Positions 48,443-58,410 of a stretch of DNA of 64,000 bases are shown here, one piece after another. Source of the DNA: a virus. A program made the position numbers and the translations under genes. Each line of letters opens with the position of its first letter. Position 1 is the first letter of the stretch. The notes beneath the pieces were generated by a model. It was not told where the DNA came from. It saw only the letters and a program-made list of their open reading frames with translations, and searched no databases. The DNA is taken from the IMG/VR virus record IMGVR_UViG_3300017917_001434, positions 1-64,000 of that record. The stretch is one strand, 5' to 3'.

Positions 48443-48864
48443 TGAGCATGCACATGGAAGGGCCGTGGCTTAGTACCACAGGCAAGTACAAAAGCAAACG
48501 TAAGCACCGTACAGCAGCCGCTGCTGACAAAGCTCGCCGTAACGCAGAAGCATGGCAACAACTCCTGGAGAAGTATGATGTTAAAACTGATAAAGTGGTG
48601 GTGGCGAAATCTAAGTCCCATAGAACAGACACTAGTAAAACTGTGGCTAGTCCTAGGTATGATTGGCGAAGCCGTATTGATCCTAGCCGTCTTACTGACC
48701 ATATTAGTAGTGTGGACACGGGTGCCGGGGTAGCCGCTAAACCCGCAGACAAAGTCTACACTGGTGATGCTATGATTGGTATTGGACAACTACACAAGTC
48801 CAACGGCATTCCGATCTTTAAGTCAGAAGATGCTGTGGATATTGCTAAGATGCGTAGAGGCTAA
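48442..48864 (+). CDS. Hypothetical phage protein
   Basis: KVYTG..MIGI...HKSN..PIF....A.DIAKMRR. Confidence 0.7.
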   Translation: MSMHMEGPWLSTTGKYKSKRKHRTAAAADKARRNAEAWQQLLEKYDVKTDKVVVAKSKSHRTDTSKTVASPRYDWRSRIDPSRLTDHISSVDTGAGVAAKPADKVYTGDAMIGIGQLHKSNGIPIFKSEDAVDIAKMRRG

Positions 48865-49121
48865 TGCCATATACTCCACTAAAACGTGATTATCAAATGC
48901 GCAGTGCGATGGGCGGCTGGCGCTTTACTCTAAAGCATAGATTTAAAAATGGTCCTTGTCCTTATTGGAGGGGACATGCTGGAATTAAACGCAGACTTCT
49001 AAACAATTTACTATTTGAAAAATGGCTTAAACGTCCACAGAGTGCGTATAAACTATACTGGCGTCTTCACCCGGAAGAATTCAAAGCAGCGAACGAATGG
49101 TACAAAACAAGGAAAATGTAA
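48864..49121 (+). CDS. Basic hypothetical protein
   Basis: TAATG coupling at both ends. Confidence 0.55.
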   Translation: MPYTPLKRDYQMRSAMGGWRFTLKHRFKNGPCPYWRGHAGIKRRLLNNLLFEKWLKRPQSAYKLYWRLHPEEFKAANEWYKTRKM

Positions 49122-49483
49122 TGGAATATAAAGATATACCCTGGAAAGATAAGATTAGCGAAGACGATAATATTGCTGTGTACAAGGACCGGTATCCTGT
49201 AACTGAAGGGCATATCCTTGTAGTACCAAAATATGATACCCTAACATGTCAAGCAGAAGCGTTTAAGTATGCTGTGAGTATTGGCCGTCATCAAGTGGCT
49301 ATTAAACAATGGGACGGTTTTAACATTGGTATGAACTTAGGTGAAGCCGCAGGACAGACAGTTATGTGGCCACACATACATGTTATACCTCGACGCTACG
49401 GTGATGTTGAGGATCCGGTGGGTGGTGTGCGTAACACTATTCCTGGTAAGGGCAATTACAAGAAAAATGCGACACAGAACTAG
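49121..49483 (+). CDS. HIT family hydrolase
   Basis: D.YPV.EGH.LVVPK, AGQTV, HIHVIPR. Confidence 0.9.
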   Translation: MEYKDIPWKDKISEDDNIAVYKDRYPVTEGHILVVPKYDTLTCQAEAFKYAVSIGRHQVAIKQWDGFNIGMNLGEAAGQTVMWPHIHVIPRRYGDVEDPVGGVRNTIPGKGNYKKNATQN

Positions 49484-49775
49484 CACTAAAATCTACGGGC
49501 AATGGTTAAAGTTAGTTAAGAAAACTAACCCTAAAACAGGACGCAAACATTATTCGGTGATTGCAGATGTTTATCAATATCTTGCTCAACCAGGCGAGTA
49601 TGGACATGTATTCACCGGAACACCAAAAGATGTATTACAGGCCTGGCGTGATCATTTTGACCCTGCGGGCAATCGTGGCATGAAAAGTGCTACAAGTTGG
49701 AAGTTTAGTAATCGTGAAGAAGCAGAAAAACTAGTGACCTTAGCGTTGCTGAAGTGGGGACATAGATATGGGTGA
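49467..49775 (+). CDS. Hypothetical phage protein
   Basis: Packed ORF ending TLALLKWG. Confidence 0.6.
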   Translation: MRHRTSTKIYGQWLKLVKKTNPKTGRKHYSVIADVYQYLAQPGEYGHVFTGTPKDVLQAWRDHFDPAGNRGMKSATSWKFSNREEAEKLVTLALLKWGHRYG

Positions 49776-50115
49776 TGAGAAAAAAGATTGGGACTTTTGG
49801 TTAGACGAATACAACAATACCATGGCCGATTCTGGACTTACTGTAGGCGATGTTACTATTGATCTAAGTGATTACTACAGCGGTGCTGACGATGTAATCA
49901 CCGTAGGTAACTATGACGAGTGGTTTAAAGATCTTAATACTCATGACAATATTACCCTAACAGGTGGCGGTGAAGAAATGTTGCGTGTTGCCGAAGATGG
50001 TTTTTATGTTCGTGGCATTAAGGTAGAAGCAGACGCTAAAGAAGCAGAGCAAGTGTATAAGGCTTTTAAACAATGGCTAACTTGGGCAACTTTATCTAAG
50101 AACCCAGATGAATAG
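49768..50115 (+). CDS. Hypothetical phage protein
   Basis: EMLRV..DGFYVRG. Confidence 0.6.
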   Translation: MGDEKKDWDFWLDEYNNTMADSGLTVGDVTIDLSDYYSGADDVITVGNYDEWFKDLNTHDNITLTGGGEEMLRVAEDGFYVRGIKVEADAKEAEQVYKAFKQWLTWATLSKNPDE

Positions 50116-50146
50116 GCTTAAATAGTATATTATTAAGGAAAGGTAA

Positions 50147-50362
50147 TTGGCAAAAGAAGACGTATTAAAATTTACCGGCACAGTTGAAGAAGTATTGGGC
50201 AACAGCATGTTCCGTGTAACTCTAGAAAATGGACACTCTGTTGTAGCATATATTGGCGGTAAAATGCGTATGCACACTATTAAAATTATCATGGGTGACA
50301 CCGTAGAAGTTGAAATGACGCCTTATGATTTATCTAAAGCTCGTATTGTATATAGGAAATAA
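50147..50362 (+). CDS. infA: Translation initiation factor IF-1
   Basis: AKED.L...[22 protein letters not shown]....[17 protein letters not shown]; TTG start. Confidence 0.93.
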   Translation: MAKEDVLKFTGTVEEVLGNSMFRVTLENGHSVVAYIGGKMRMHTIKIIMGDTVEVEMTPYDLSKARIVYRK

Positions 50363-50364
50363 CT

Positions 50365-50688
50365 ATGGTAACAATGAATCCAGGCGCGATAACTAAAATT
50401 AAAGAATTACTTGCTGAAGAAAATAACCCAAATTTAAAACTACGTATGTTTGTGCAGGGCGGAGGTTGTTCGGGTTTTCAGTATGGTTTTACCTTTGACG
50501 AAGATGTTAACGAAGATGATTTTGACTTTGAATTTGATGGCGTACATTTGCTAATTGACAGTATGAGCAGTCAGTATCTGCAAGGTGCCGAAATTGACTA
50601 CACAGAAAGTCTAAGTGGTAGTCAATTTAACATTAAAAATCCACAGGCTACAACTACCTGTGGATGTGGATCAAGTTTTGGCGTGTAG
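50365..50688 (+). CDS. erpA: A-type Fe-S cluster carrier (ErpA/IscA)
   Basis: [11 protein letters not shown] and [12 protein letters not shown]. Confidence 0.9.
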   Translation: MVTMNPGAITKIKELLAEENNPNLKLRMFVQGGGCSGFQYGFTFDEDVNEDDFDFEFDGVHLLIDSMSSQYLQGAEIDYTESLSGSQFNIKNPQATTTCGCGSSFGV

Positions 50689-50689
50689 T

Positions 50690-51052
50690 TTATCCTGCGT
50701 GACGTGTTAAGAAGTTAATTCTAACGTTTTCAGGCTCAAAGTATTCTTCAACAGTTTGTTTTACTGTAGCAATTTCAAAATCTTTGCAGCTGAACACATC
50801 TAAGTAGATGTCGCCGGTGCTGTCAATAAAGTGTGCTACAATACTTGAAGTAACAATGATTTGAACTGCGGTAAATCCTGCTTTATCTTCAAACTCACCA
50901 GCAGTGTATTCAATCCAAGGTTCACCAATTGGTTCCATGTCAATGCGTTTAACTAAATCACGAATGAAACGGTCAACGTGGTCACGATCCTTAATTAAGA
51001 TACGATTTGCGTTATGACAGTCTAATGTTACGTGATAACCCCAAAAACTCAT
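50690..51052 (-). CDS. speD: Pyruvoyl-dependent AdoMet decarboxylase-like proenzyme
   Basis: GYH..LD, G.TAVQII.TSSI..HF, YLDVFSCK.F; AAGGAG RBS; TATAAATA upstream. Confidence 0.8.
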   Translation of the reverse strand: MSFWGYHVTLDCHNANRILIKDRDHVDRFIRDLVKRIDMEPIGEPWIEYTAGEFEDKAGFTAVQIIVTSSIVAHFIDSTGDIYLDVFSCKDFEIATVKQTVEEYFEPENVRINFLTRHAG

Positions 51053-51097
51053 TGATATTCTCCTTGAACAATTAAATAACTATTTATATAACAGAAC

Positions 51098-51210
51098 CGG
51101 TCCTCTTTTACTTCTTAGTGAAGAGCAAAATGATAAGCTGAATTTACAGCTAAAACTTGAGGACGCTCAAGGCTTCGGTCATCCGGGAGGATAACTCCCA
51201 ACTCCCCTAA
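51098..51210. other. GC-rich multi-hairpin intergenic element (candidate structured RNA)
   Basis: Stems GTCCTC/GAGGAC, AGCTG/CAGCT, CTTC/GAAG, TTGAG/CTCAA and GGGAG/CTCCC within about 110 nt; no long ORF. Confidence 0.4.
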
Positions 51211-51254
51211 TCATAATTTTGCCATAAATACTTAACAAGTATTAGAGTAAAATT

Positions 51255-51554
51255 ATGACTATATCAACAGAACAATTTATCCCAGTATTAGTAGGTACAG
51301 TAGCTAACGATGGTACCGGCGACAGTCTTCGTGAAGCCTTTATTAAAGTCAATGATAACTTTTCAAATATCAGTGACATTGGCTTTGATGCTGCCAACGT
51401 AAATGTTACTAGGGCTTTGGTATTGAATGACTACGGAGTGCCAACTGCGGCAGGCGATCCCGGTACCGCCGGACAGATCGTTTGGGATACTAATCATATC
51501 TATGTATGCGTTGCCGCAAATACTTGGAAACGTGCTAATATTAGCACCTGGTAA
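51255..51554 (+). CDS. Small virion protein with baseplate gp9/gp10-like N-terminus
   Basis: VG..ANDGTGD.LR.AF.K.N.NF; C-terminal IYVC.A.NTWKR. Confidence 0.75.
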   Translation: MTISTEQFIPVLVGTVANDGTGDSLREAFIKVNDNFSNISDIGFDAANVNVTRALVLNDYGVPTAAGDPGTAGQIVWDTNHIYVCVAANTWKRANISTW

Positions 51555-51565
51555 TAGGACAGATA

Positions 51566-54500
51566 ATGGCTCTACCTAAGTGGATAACCCCAGCTGGTAA
51601 TTTAGGAATAATACCTGAACTAGAGTATTATCAGTTCAATCTTGACGCTTATGATGCCAGTGGCGGAACATTAGTTTACAGTCGTGTAAGCGGACGTTTA
51701 CCATTAGGTATTCAGCTGGTTAACTCCAATGGTGCAGGTAGATTACAAGGTATTCCTGTCAGTGAGTTAGGTGGGGACCAAAACGTAGAGTACCGTTTTA
51801 CTATACGTGTTAAAAACTCCAGTACCAACGAAGTTGCTGATCGAACATTTACACTAACAGTTAGCAATATTATTCCGCCAATTATTACACCAAGAAATGT
51901 TGATCTTGGAATTTTCCTTGACGGTACCATAGTAAATCAACAGCTAGTAGCCGTAGAATCTACTCCAGGTGCAGTTTTGCAATGGCGTGTTAAAAGTGGC
52001 GAACTGCCACCAGGATTGTTTTTAAGCGATACTGGGTTACTCTACGGATATATTAAACCTATTCCCGAGCCCGGTCCGGGTTCCGTTCCTGGGTGGGACT
52101 TAACTCCCTGGGATTTTGACAGTGATTTAACTGACCAATCAGTCGAAGGTGGCGACCCTACACCAGGATTAGGTTGGGACTTTTCGCTACGAGCTATTAA
52201 TAAAACGTTTAATTTTACTGTTGAAGTTACTGATGGTGTAAACGTTGATAATTCTACATACAGAATAGAAGTATTTCCTCGCAGTGCATTAACCGCAGAC
52301 AATGACATATTAACTGTTGATACTGGCGACTTGTCCACTGGTGAGGGATTAGCCGATGTTGATGGTGAACGCCACGACCCAATTATTATTACTACTCAAG
52401 AAGATCTACCGCCAATACGTCAAGGCAGTTACTTTAGTTTTAACGTTGACGCTATTGATATTGACGGCGATGTACTACAATACAGTATTCCAAGTTCTGC
52501 ATCTGGTGCGTTTGATGAACAATCTCTAGTAGGACCAAGTTTACCTTACGTAGCTGCAACGCCCGTTGGTACTACATTGTTTGGTGGTGCCAACAATCTA
52601 ATAGATCCAACTACTGCTGGTTTATTTGCCGGCGATAATATCAAAGTATTTTTTAACGGTGGATGGTATGAAGCCAGTGTTGACCGTGGAACCACAGTAA
52701 GACTTTTTGGTACTACTATAGTATCTGCAAACGTAGGCAATATTGTTACACAAACTGGAACAGCAGTTAATGCCACAGTAACTGGTATAACTGTTACTTC
52801 AGGATTTATTGAATTTGTTGGTAATTTAGTTACAGCCAACGTTGGTGACTTTATAACACAGACTGTTTCGGGTGCTAATGCAACTGTAACATCTAATGTT
52901 ATATCGCAGTCAAGAGTACCTGTTACCTTTACGTCAGGAACATTTACTGTAGGGTCTGGCAACATTAGCATTAACAGCACAGCCGTTGACTCTTATCCAG
53001 CAAATGTTCAATGTTTCACTGATTTGTCTGTAGAATATAACATTGGTTACACTGATACATTTAATCTAAACAATTCATTATTCCCTGTGTTAATTGGTAA
53101 CGGCACAGTACAAACCTCTACACTTAGCTATCCTATACAAACTGTTAGTGTCGAGATCGCTCTTGGATCATTAGCCACCGAAGGCACAGTTGGATTTGAT
53201 GAATCTCGATTTGATCAGGGCACGTTGGCATTGCCATTAATTATTCCAAGTACTCAATTAAGTCAAATTGATGCGAACACTGGTTGGATTACTGGTACTG
53301 TTCCGGCACAGACTATTAGTTCTGTAGAATATCAATTTGAATTAGTGGTATTTAAACGTGACTATCCAACTTATAGTGCATCAAGACTGTATACCATAAC
53401 CGTATTAGGTGACTTAAATGACACAGTTGAGTGGATTACTCCTACTGATTTGGGCACCATAGAAAACGGTCGTGTCAGTGATCTATTTGTTAGAGCTGAA
53501 TCAACCAAAGGCAAGCCATTGGTATACAGTCTAAAATCCAATGGCAGTCATAGATTGCCACAGGGTCTGTTATTAACCAGTGAAGGATTAATCACAGGAC
53601 GTGTCAGTTTTGAAATTTTTACTCTAGACGCATCCTCTACTACTATCGATGGCGGTAGCACAACCTTTGACAATACATACTCATTTACAGTTACAGCACG
53701 CGATTACCAAGGTACTATTAGCAACGATCGTACCTTTACTCTTAGAGTGCTAGTAAGAAACACAAGACCCTACGAAGATCTATATCTACAGGCATTGTTA
53801 TCGCTGGATCAAAGAGTTACATTTAACCAATTAATGTCTGATCGCAGTATATTCCCACTGGAATCAATATATAGATTATCAGATCCATTCTTTGGTATTG
53901 CAGAAAATATACGTACATTATTTTTAGCAGGATTGAGTCCTAGTACCTTAGAAGAATATGCGCTGTCTTTGGCTAATAATCATTTTATTAAGCGTGTGCA
54001 GTTTGGCGATGTAAAAACTGCTGTAGTTCTAGACTCTAATTTTGATGTTAAGTACGAAGTTGTATATGTTGAGATCTTTGATGAAAATACCAGCGTAGCC
54101 GGCGAAGCTCCTGCAAATACCATTGACTTAACAGAAGTAATTGATACACCATATTACGATTTAGAAAATAATCCCTACACCATTGCATATCCAAATGCTT
54201 TTGAAAATATGAGTTCAACTGTTATTGAGGATATTGGCTACGAAGACAAAGGTGCTCTGCCAGATTGGATGACCAGCAGACAACCTAACGGACGTGTACT
54301 AGGATTTACTCGAGCTGTAGTATTGGCCTACACTGTTCCTGGTGCCAGTGAAAAAATCGCCTATAGATTAAAAGACAGCAATTTTAATTTCAATCAACTT
54401 GACTTTACCGTTGATCGTTACATGCTGGATAATAGCTATAGTCAAAACTATAATATCACAGGAAATTCTTTCAATACCGCCGAAGAAACTACATTTGATA

Positions 54501-55423
54501 GATACCCAAGTCTATCAAGTGCATTCACTGAACAAGGCACTGTTAATTATGCACTTAGCGTTGCCTATGAAGATATTGACAATAGACTTGTATCAGAAAT
54601 ACAAGAACTTTGGAATGGAATGGACGGTATTAAAAATTTCCGTGACGGCGATACTGTTGTCTTTGCTACTCAAGAATTCTTCCGCGGACAATTTGACATT
54701 GGTGAATACAATCAAGGTTGGACTGATGTACAGACCATCTGGGACGGCGATGATTGGGATTACGACAGCGATTTAACTGATAATCCTTATACCGAGGCAC
54801 TACCTTGGACTGCTAACACTATATTCCAACCAGGATTCACAGTGGTGTACAACGATGTTCCTTATAGAGTAAATGCGCGATTCCAGTCCGGCACTAGTTT
54901 TGCTATCTTTAATGTATTCAATGGTCAATTTGATGAAAATGGCGGCGGATATGATGCAACAGGTCTTGAAGGAGAAATCATTGTACCAAACATGACACAG
55001 ATTCCAATCAGTTCAGGCATTAATTTAACTGATGGACTTGGTTGGGATGCAGCTACCTATGTTCCCGGATACGACGAAAATCTATTAGACCCAACGGTAC
55101 CCAACAAGCGTGCTGGTATTTGGCGTGTGAACATCAGTGACACGGATGTAGTAACCTTGACCTTTATACAGTCTGTGCCAATTAACGGTACTTTATACGT
55201 TAAAAACGGTTTCACCTATGGCGGAACTACTATCTACTATGATCCTGTTGTGAAACCCGGACTATTGTATCCAAACTACAGTATTATTCCTCAACAGATT
55301 GAAACTACCTACACAACCTTTGATGGCAACGGAACACGCTTCTTTAGTGATCGAGATGTGTACACTGTTCCAGGAAGCAATGATAAATATATTAAATTTG
55401 GTAAACTCGGAGTTTTTAATTAA
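51566..55423 (+). CDS. Large virion protein with putative Ig-like (He_PIG) domains
   Basis: Repeated W.TP.G.LG, G.LP.GL.L...G.I.G and FTV.A.D motifs. Confidence 0.75.
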   Translation: MALPKWITPAGNLGIIPELEYYQFNLDAYDASGGTLVYSRVSGRLPLGIQLVNSNGAGRLQGIPVSELGGDQNVEYRFTIRVKNSSTNEVADRTFTLTVSNIIPPIITPRNVDLGIFLDGTIVNQQLVAVESTPGAVLQWRVKSGELPPGLFLSDTGLLYGYIKPIPEPGPGSVPGWDLTPWDFDSDLTDQSVEGGDPTPGLGWDFSLRAINKTFNFTVEVTDGVNVDNSTYRIEVFPRSALTADNDILTVDTGDLSTGEGLADVDGERHDPIIITTQEDLPPIRQGSYFSFNVDAIDIDGDVLQYSIPSSASGAFDEQSLVGPSLPYVAATPVGTTLFGGANNLIDPTTAGLFAGDNIKVFFNGGWYEASVDRGTTVRLFGTTIVSANVGNIVTQTGTAVNATVTGITVTSGFIEFVGNLVTANVGDFITQTVSGANATVTSNVISQSRVPVTFTSGTFTVGSGNISINSTAVDSYPANVQCFTDLSVEYNIGYTDTFNLNNSLFPVLIGNGTVQTSTLSYPIQTVSVEIALGSLATEGTVGFDESRFDQGTLALPLIIPSTQLSQIDANTGWITGTVPAQTISSVEYQFELVVFKRDYPTYSASRLYTITVLGDLNDTVEWITPTDLGTIENGRVSDLFVRAESTKGKPLVYSLKSNGSHRLPQGLLLTSEGLITGRVSFEIFTLDASSTTIDGGSTTFDNTYSFTVTARDYQGTISNDRTFTLRVLVRNTRPYEDLYLQALLSLDQRVTFNQLMSDRSIFPLESIYRLSDPFFGIAENIRTLFLAGLSPSTLEEYALSLANNHFIKRVQFGDVKTAVVLDSNFDVKYEVVYVEIFDENTSVAGEAPANTIDLTEVIDTPYYDLENNPYTIAYPNAFENMSSTVIEDIGYEDKGALPDWMTSRQPNGRVLGFTRAVVLAYTVPGASEKIAYRLKDSNFNFNQLDFTVDRYMLDNSYSQNYNITGNSFNTAEETTFDRYPSLSSAFTEQGTVNYALSVAYEDIDNRLVSEIQELWNGMDGIKNFRDGDTVVFATQEFFRGQFDIGEYNQGWTDVQTIWDGDDWDYDSDLTDNPYTEALPWTANTIFQPGFTVVYNDVPYRVNARFQSGTSFAIFNVFNGQFDENGGGYDATGLEGEIIVPNMTQIPISSGINLTDGLGWDAATYVPGYDENLLDPTVPNKRAGIWRVNISDTDVVTLTFIQSVPINGTLYVKNGFTYGGTTIYYDPVVKPGLLYPNYSIIPQQIETTYTTFDGNGTRFFSDRDVYTVPGSNDKYIKFGKLGVFN

Positions 55424-55425
55424 CC

Positions 55426-56325
55426 ATGACATCATCAATTAACCCAAACAATATTGACGGCCAGTATCCTGTTGCCGGTCAAGATAATGACAGTCAGGGA
55501 TTTCGTGATAATTTCACTAATATCAGAAATAACCTAACTTTTGCAAAAACAGAGATTGAAGACCTACAACAAAACGTGCTGTTAAAAGGTGCATTGTCAG
55601 GTGCTACACTAGACAACGAAATGAGTAACACACAGCTAAAAGGTGTTCAGTGCTTACGTTTTACAGAAACCATTGACGAACTAGGCCCTCTCAGCGGAAC
55701 AGTTACAATAGATTGGCAACAAGCACACTTTCATGTTTTAGAAACCAGTGGAAGTGTAGAATTAGATTTCATTGGTTGGCCAACTAGTGGATTTTTTACT
55801 AAACTACGTTTAGAGGTTGACGTTACTAGCACAGCACATACATTAACATTGCCAACTGAAGTTACTCAAGGTGCACGTTTTATACGTGGTGCAGCCCTTG
55901 ACAGTGTAACTGGTAAATGGACTATTACGTTTACACAAATTGGTGTTTATCAATTTGAATTTAGTAGCTACAACAACGGTACTACTATAACAATGTTTGA
56001 TTTAACACGCAACAGTAACCCAGCATTAACTGATTATCAATATCTAACTCCAACAGCAGGCGGCTTTGCTAATATCAGCGCATACGCATCAACTGTTATT
56101 GTTAATCCAGCTGGTACTATTGCTAGTGCTAATATTAATTTTCCTGCAAATACCAGTGTATTAGATGGACAAACTATAAGTTTTGCCTTTGGAAATACCA
56201 TTACTACATCAACGTTATTTGGTAATGGTGCTACAATCAGTGGTACGTTAACCACTGCTGGTGCTACAACACCTGCAAAATTCATTTACAAGCAATCAAC
56301 AAACACTTGGTATAGATTAGGTTAA
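55426..56325 (+). CDS. Virion protein
   Basis: YPVAGQDNDSQGFRDNF N-terminus; lies in the late operon. Confidence 0.7.
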   Translation: MTSSINPNNIDGQYPVAGQDNDSQGFRDNFTNIRNNLTFAKTEIEDLQQNVLLKGALSGATLDNEMSNTQLKGVQCLRFTETIDELGPLSGTVTIDWQQAHFHVLETSGSVELDFIGWPTSGFFTKLRLEVDVTSTAHTLTLPTEVTQGARFIRGAALDSVTGKWTITFTQIGVYQFEFSSYNNGTTITMFDLTRNSNPALTDYQYLTPTAGGFANISAYASTVIVNPAGTIASANINFPANTSVLDGQTISFAFGNTITTSTLFGNGATISGTLTTAGATTPAKFIYKQSTNTWYRLG

Positions 56326-56339
56326 TATACCAAAAATCA

Positions 56340-56391
56340 TTGACTCCTTATAGTTTATGCTGTATAGTATAGCTATAAGGAGTTTTCTTTT
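56340..56391 (+). promoter_or_regulatory. Overlapping terminator, RBS-sequestering hairpin and sigma70 promoter
   Basis: TTGACT(56340)-N17-TATAGT(56363); inverted repeat ACTCCTTATAG (56343-56353) / CTATAAGGAGT (56373-56383) contains the RBS, followed by a T-tract. Confidence 0.65.
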
Positions 56392-56805
56392 ATGAGCAAT
56401 CAAATCGATCTAAACAAATATCAAGAGTTTGTTGAAGCTGTGACATCAGCAGAATCAAACTACTGCGGACAATTTGTAAGCCAACTACAGTATCTTAAAA
56501 GCAATTCAGATGTTAATTTTAGTCTACTGCTTACCGCAGTTATTGGCCTAAGTGCTGAAACAGGTGAGTTTGCTGAAATACCCAAAAAGATCTTGTTTCA
56601 AGGTAAACCATTGAATGAAGAAAGTCTATTTCATATGAAACGTGAACTAGGTGATATCATGTGGTATTGGGTAAATGCTTGCCGTGCTCTTAACCTAGAT
56701 CCTAATGATGTTATTGCTGAAAACGTAAATAAACTACAGAGTCGCTATCCTGGCGGCACGTTTGACGCTTACTACAGCGAGAATAGGAAACAAGGAGACT
56801 TGTAA
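56392..56805 (+). CDS. MazG-like NTP pyrophosphohydrolase
   Basis: GL.AE.GEF.E..KK, ELGDIMWY, NV.KL..RYP. Confidence 0.88.
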   Translation: MSNQIDLNKYQEFVEAVTSAESNYCGQFVSQLQYLKSNSDVNFSLLLTAVIGLSAETGEFAEIPKKILFQGKPLNEESLFHMKRELGDIMWYWVNACRALNLDPNDVIAENVNKLQSRYPGGTFDAYYSENRKQGDL

Positions 56806-57041
56806 TGCACCCATTGACCCCTGATTTATCTAAACTGACCGACGACGAACTACATAAAAAACGTGGCGAGTTGATGAATCGATTGACGTTTGCTTATCGT
56901 ATGGGTCACTCTGATATAGTTGGACAAGCTCAATTAATTCTAGGCGATTACGAAGCAGAAATATCGCGTCGTAATCAAAAAATGCTAGAAGAAATGCAAA
57001 AAACTAATCCCGGCTTTAAAGACAAGATTGATATTAAATGA
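56805..57041 (+). CDS. Hypothetical protein
   Basis: TAATG coupling. Confidence 0.65.
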   Translation: MHPLTPDLSKLTDDELHKKRGELMNRLTFAYRMGHSDIVGQAQLILGDYEAEISRRNQKMLEEMQKTNPGFKDKIDIK

Positions 57042-57550
57042 AATACGACCGCTACGGTAGAACTTATACAACTAGTAATGAGCTATGCGAATTACTATAT
57101 AAAAATCCCGATTTAGATCTAAGTCTGTTTCAAGTTGAAGATCCGCAGGAGTTCAACAAAAGCCGACATGAGTTACACGCAGAAGTTCCTAACTTATCTG
57201 GATATGTTGAACTAGCAGAAAGTGTGGATGTGTTTGATCAACGCTGGCAAGCTAAATGGCACATGCCCAACGAATACAAAGAACTAGATATTGCTGAATA
57301 TGTATTAGGGCTGTGCAAAGAAGATTACGAACTACAACGTGTAGGTCAAGAGTTACTGTTATTTCAAGAACGTGATGCGTTCGATCTATTACGCTATATG
57401 AAATATCTAGTAGATACTTTACGTAAACATAATATTGTTTGGGGTGTAGGTCGTGGTAGTAGTGTAGCAAGTTATGTGCTGTTTTTATTAGGAGTACATA
57501 AAATTGACAGCCTATACTATAATTTAGATATCGAAGAATTCCTCAAATAA
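57038..57550 (+). CDS. Stand-alone fragment of DNA polymerase III alpha (DnaE-like)
   Basis: RV..EL, GVGRGSSVAS.VL.LLG.H.ID motif of family C polymerases; ends before the catalytic DxD. Confidence 0.8.
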   Translation: MKYDRYGRTYTTSNELCELLYKNPDLDLSLFQVEDPQEFNKSRHELHAEVPNLSGYVELAESVDVFDQRWQAKWHMPNEYKELDIAEYVLGLCKEDYELQRVGQELLLFQERDAFDLLRYMKYLVDTLRKHNIVWGVGRGSSVASYVLFLLGVHKIDSLYYNLDIEEFLK

Positions 57551-57577
57551 ATACGCATATATTAGGAGAAATAAACT

Positions 57578-58012
57578 ATGGCTAAACAATACAGATCAGC
57601 TATGGGCAAGATTGTTGATATTGACGCACTGCGTCTTGCTAATGAAAGTGCCATTGCTCTGGGTAACATGAAAGTTAATGCCCGCGGTGATGAATTAGGT
57701 CCCGGTGGTAAGGTACTAAAAACTCGCGCTCAACTAATGCGAGAATATCACAAAATTAATACCCCAATGATGAACGATGATGTTGTTCTAGATACCGATG
57801 CACCTATAGTTAACAAACCCACCGGTAAGTTGACTACACCAATGGTAAAAGATACACCAATTTCAGACACTTCCGATGATGCCGCAACAGCTAACAAACC
57901 TCGTGGAAGTTTTGCAGAAGCTGTAGCTAATGAAACTGAAGTAAACACAGAACTGTTAGAACCAAAATCATTGTTAGGCAGTAACAAGCCTACCGGTGTA
58001 CAACGTATTTAG
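57578..58012 (+). CDS. Hypothetical phage protein
   Basis: AGGAG RBS; GNM.VNARGDELG.GG. Confidence 0.7.
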   Translation: MAKQYRSAMGKIVDIDALRLANESAIALGNMKVNARGDELGPGGKVLKTRAQLMREYHKINTPMMNDDVVLDTDAPIVNKPTGKLTTPMVKDTPISDTSDDAATANKPRGSFAEAVANETEVNTELLEPKSLLGSNKPTGVQRI

Positions 58013-58023
58013 AAAGGTGTAAT

Positions 58024-58380
58024 ATGACCAGCGTTTTTGAGCCAGATAGAATTAAATCTATTAGAGCACTAAGAGATCACGTCATTGTATGTGATATGAA
58101 CTTTGATCAAAAAATCAGCCACGGCGGTATTATTATCCCCAGCGGCGATGGCAAACTAGAAGGCGTACATGCTCGTTGGGGTCGTGTGTACGCTATCGGA
58201 CCTAAACAACGAGACATACAGGTAGGGCAGTATGTCTTAGTCAAACACGGTCGCTGGACCAGAGGTATTGATATTGTTGACGATGCAGGCGAAAAAACTA
58301 TTCGTCGAATAGACAATGCTGATATTTTAATGGTAAGCGACGAACCAATGGTTGACGAAACCATTGGAGATGGGTTATAA
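58024..58380 (+). CDS. Divergent GroES-like co-chaperonin
   Basis: ALRDHVIV, GGIIIP, G.VYAIGP..VG..VLV. Confidence 0.8.
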   Translation: MTSVFEPDRIKSIRALRDHVIVCDMNFDQKISHGGIIIPSGDGKLEGVHARWGRVYAIGPKQRDIQVGQYVLVKHGRWTRGIDIVDDAGEKTIRRIDNADILMVSDEPMVDETIGDGL

Positions 58381-58410
58381 TATTAACAACTCAACTACAA
58401 AAGGCGTTCA

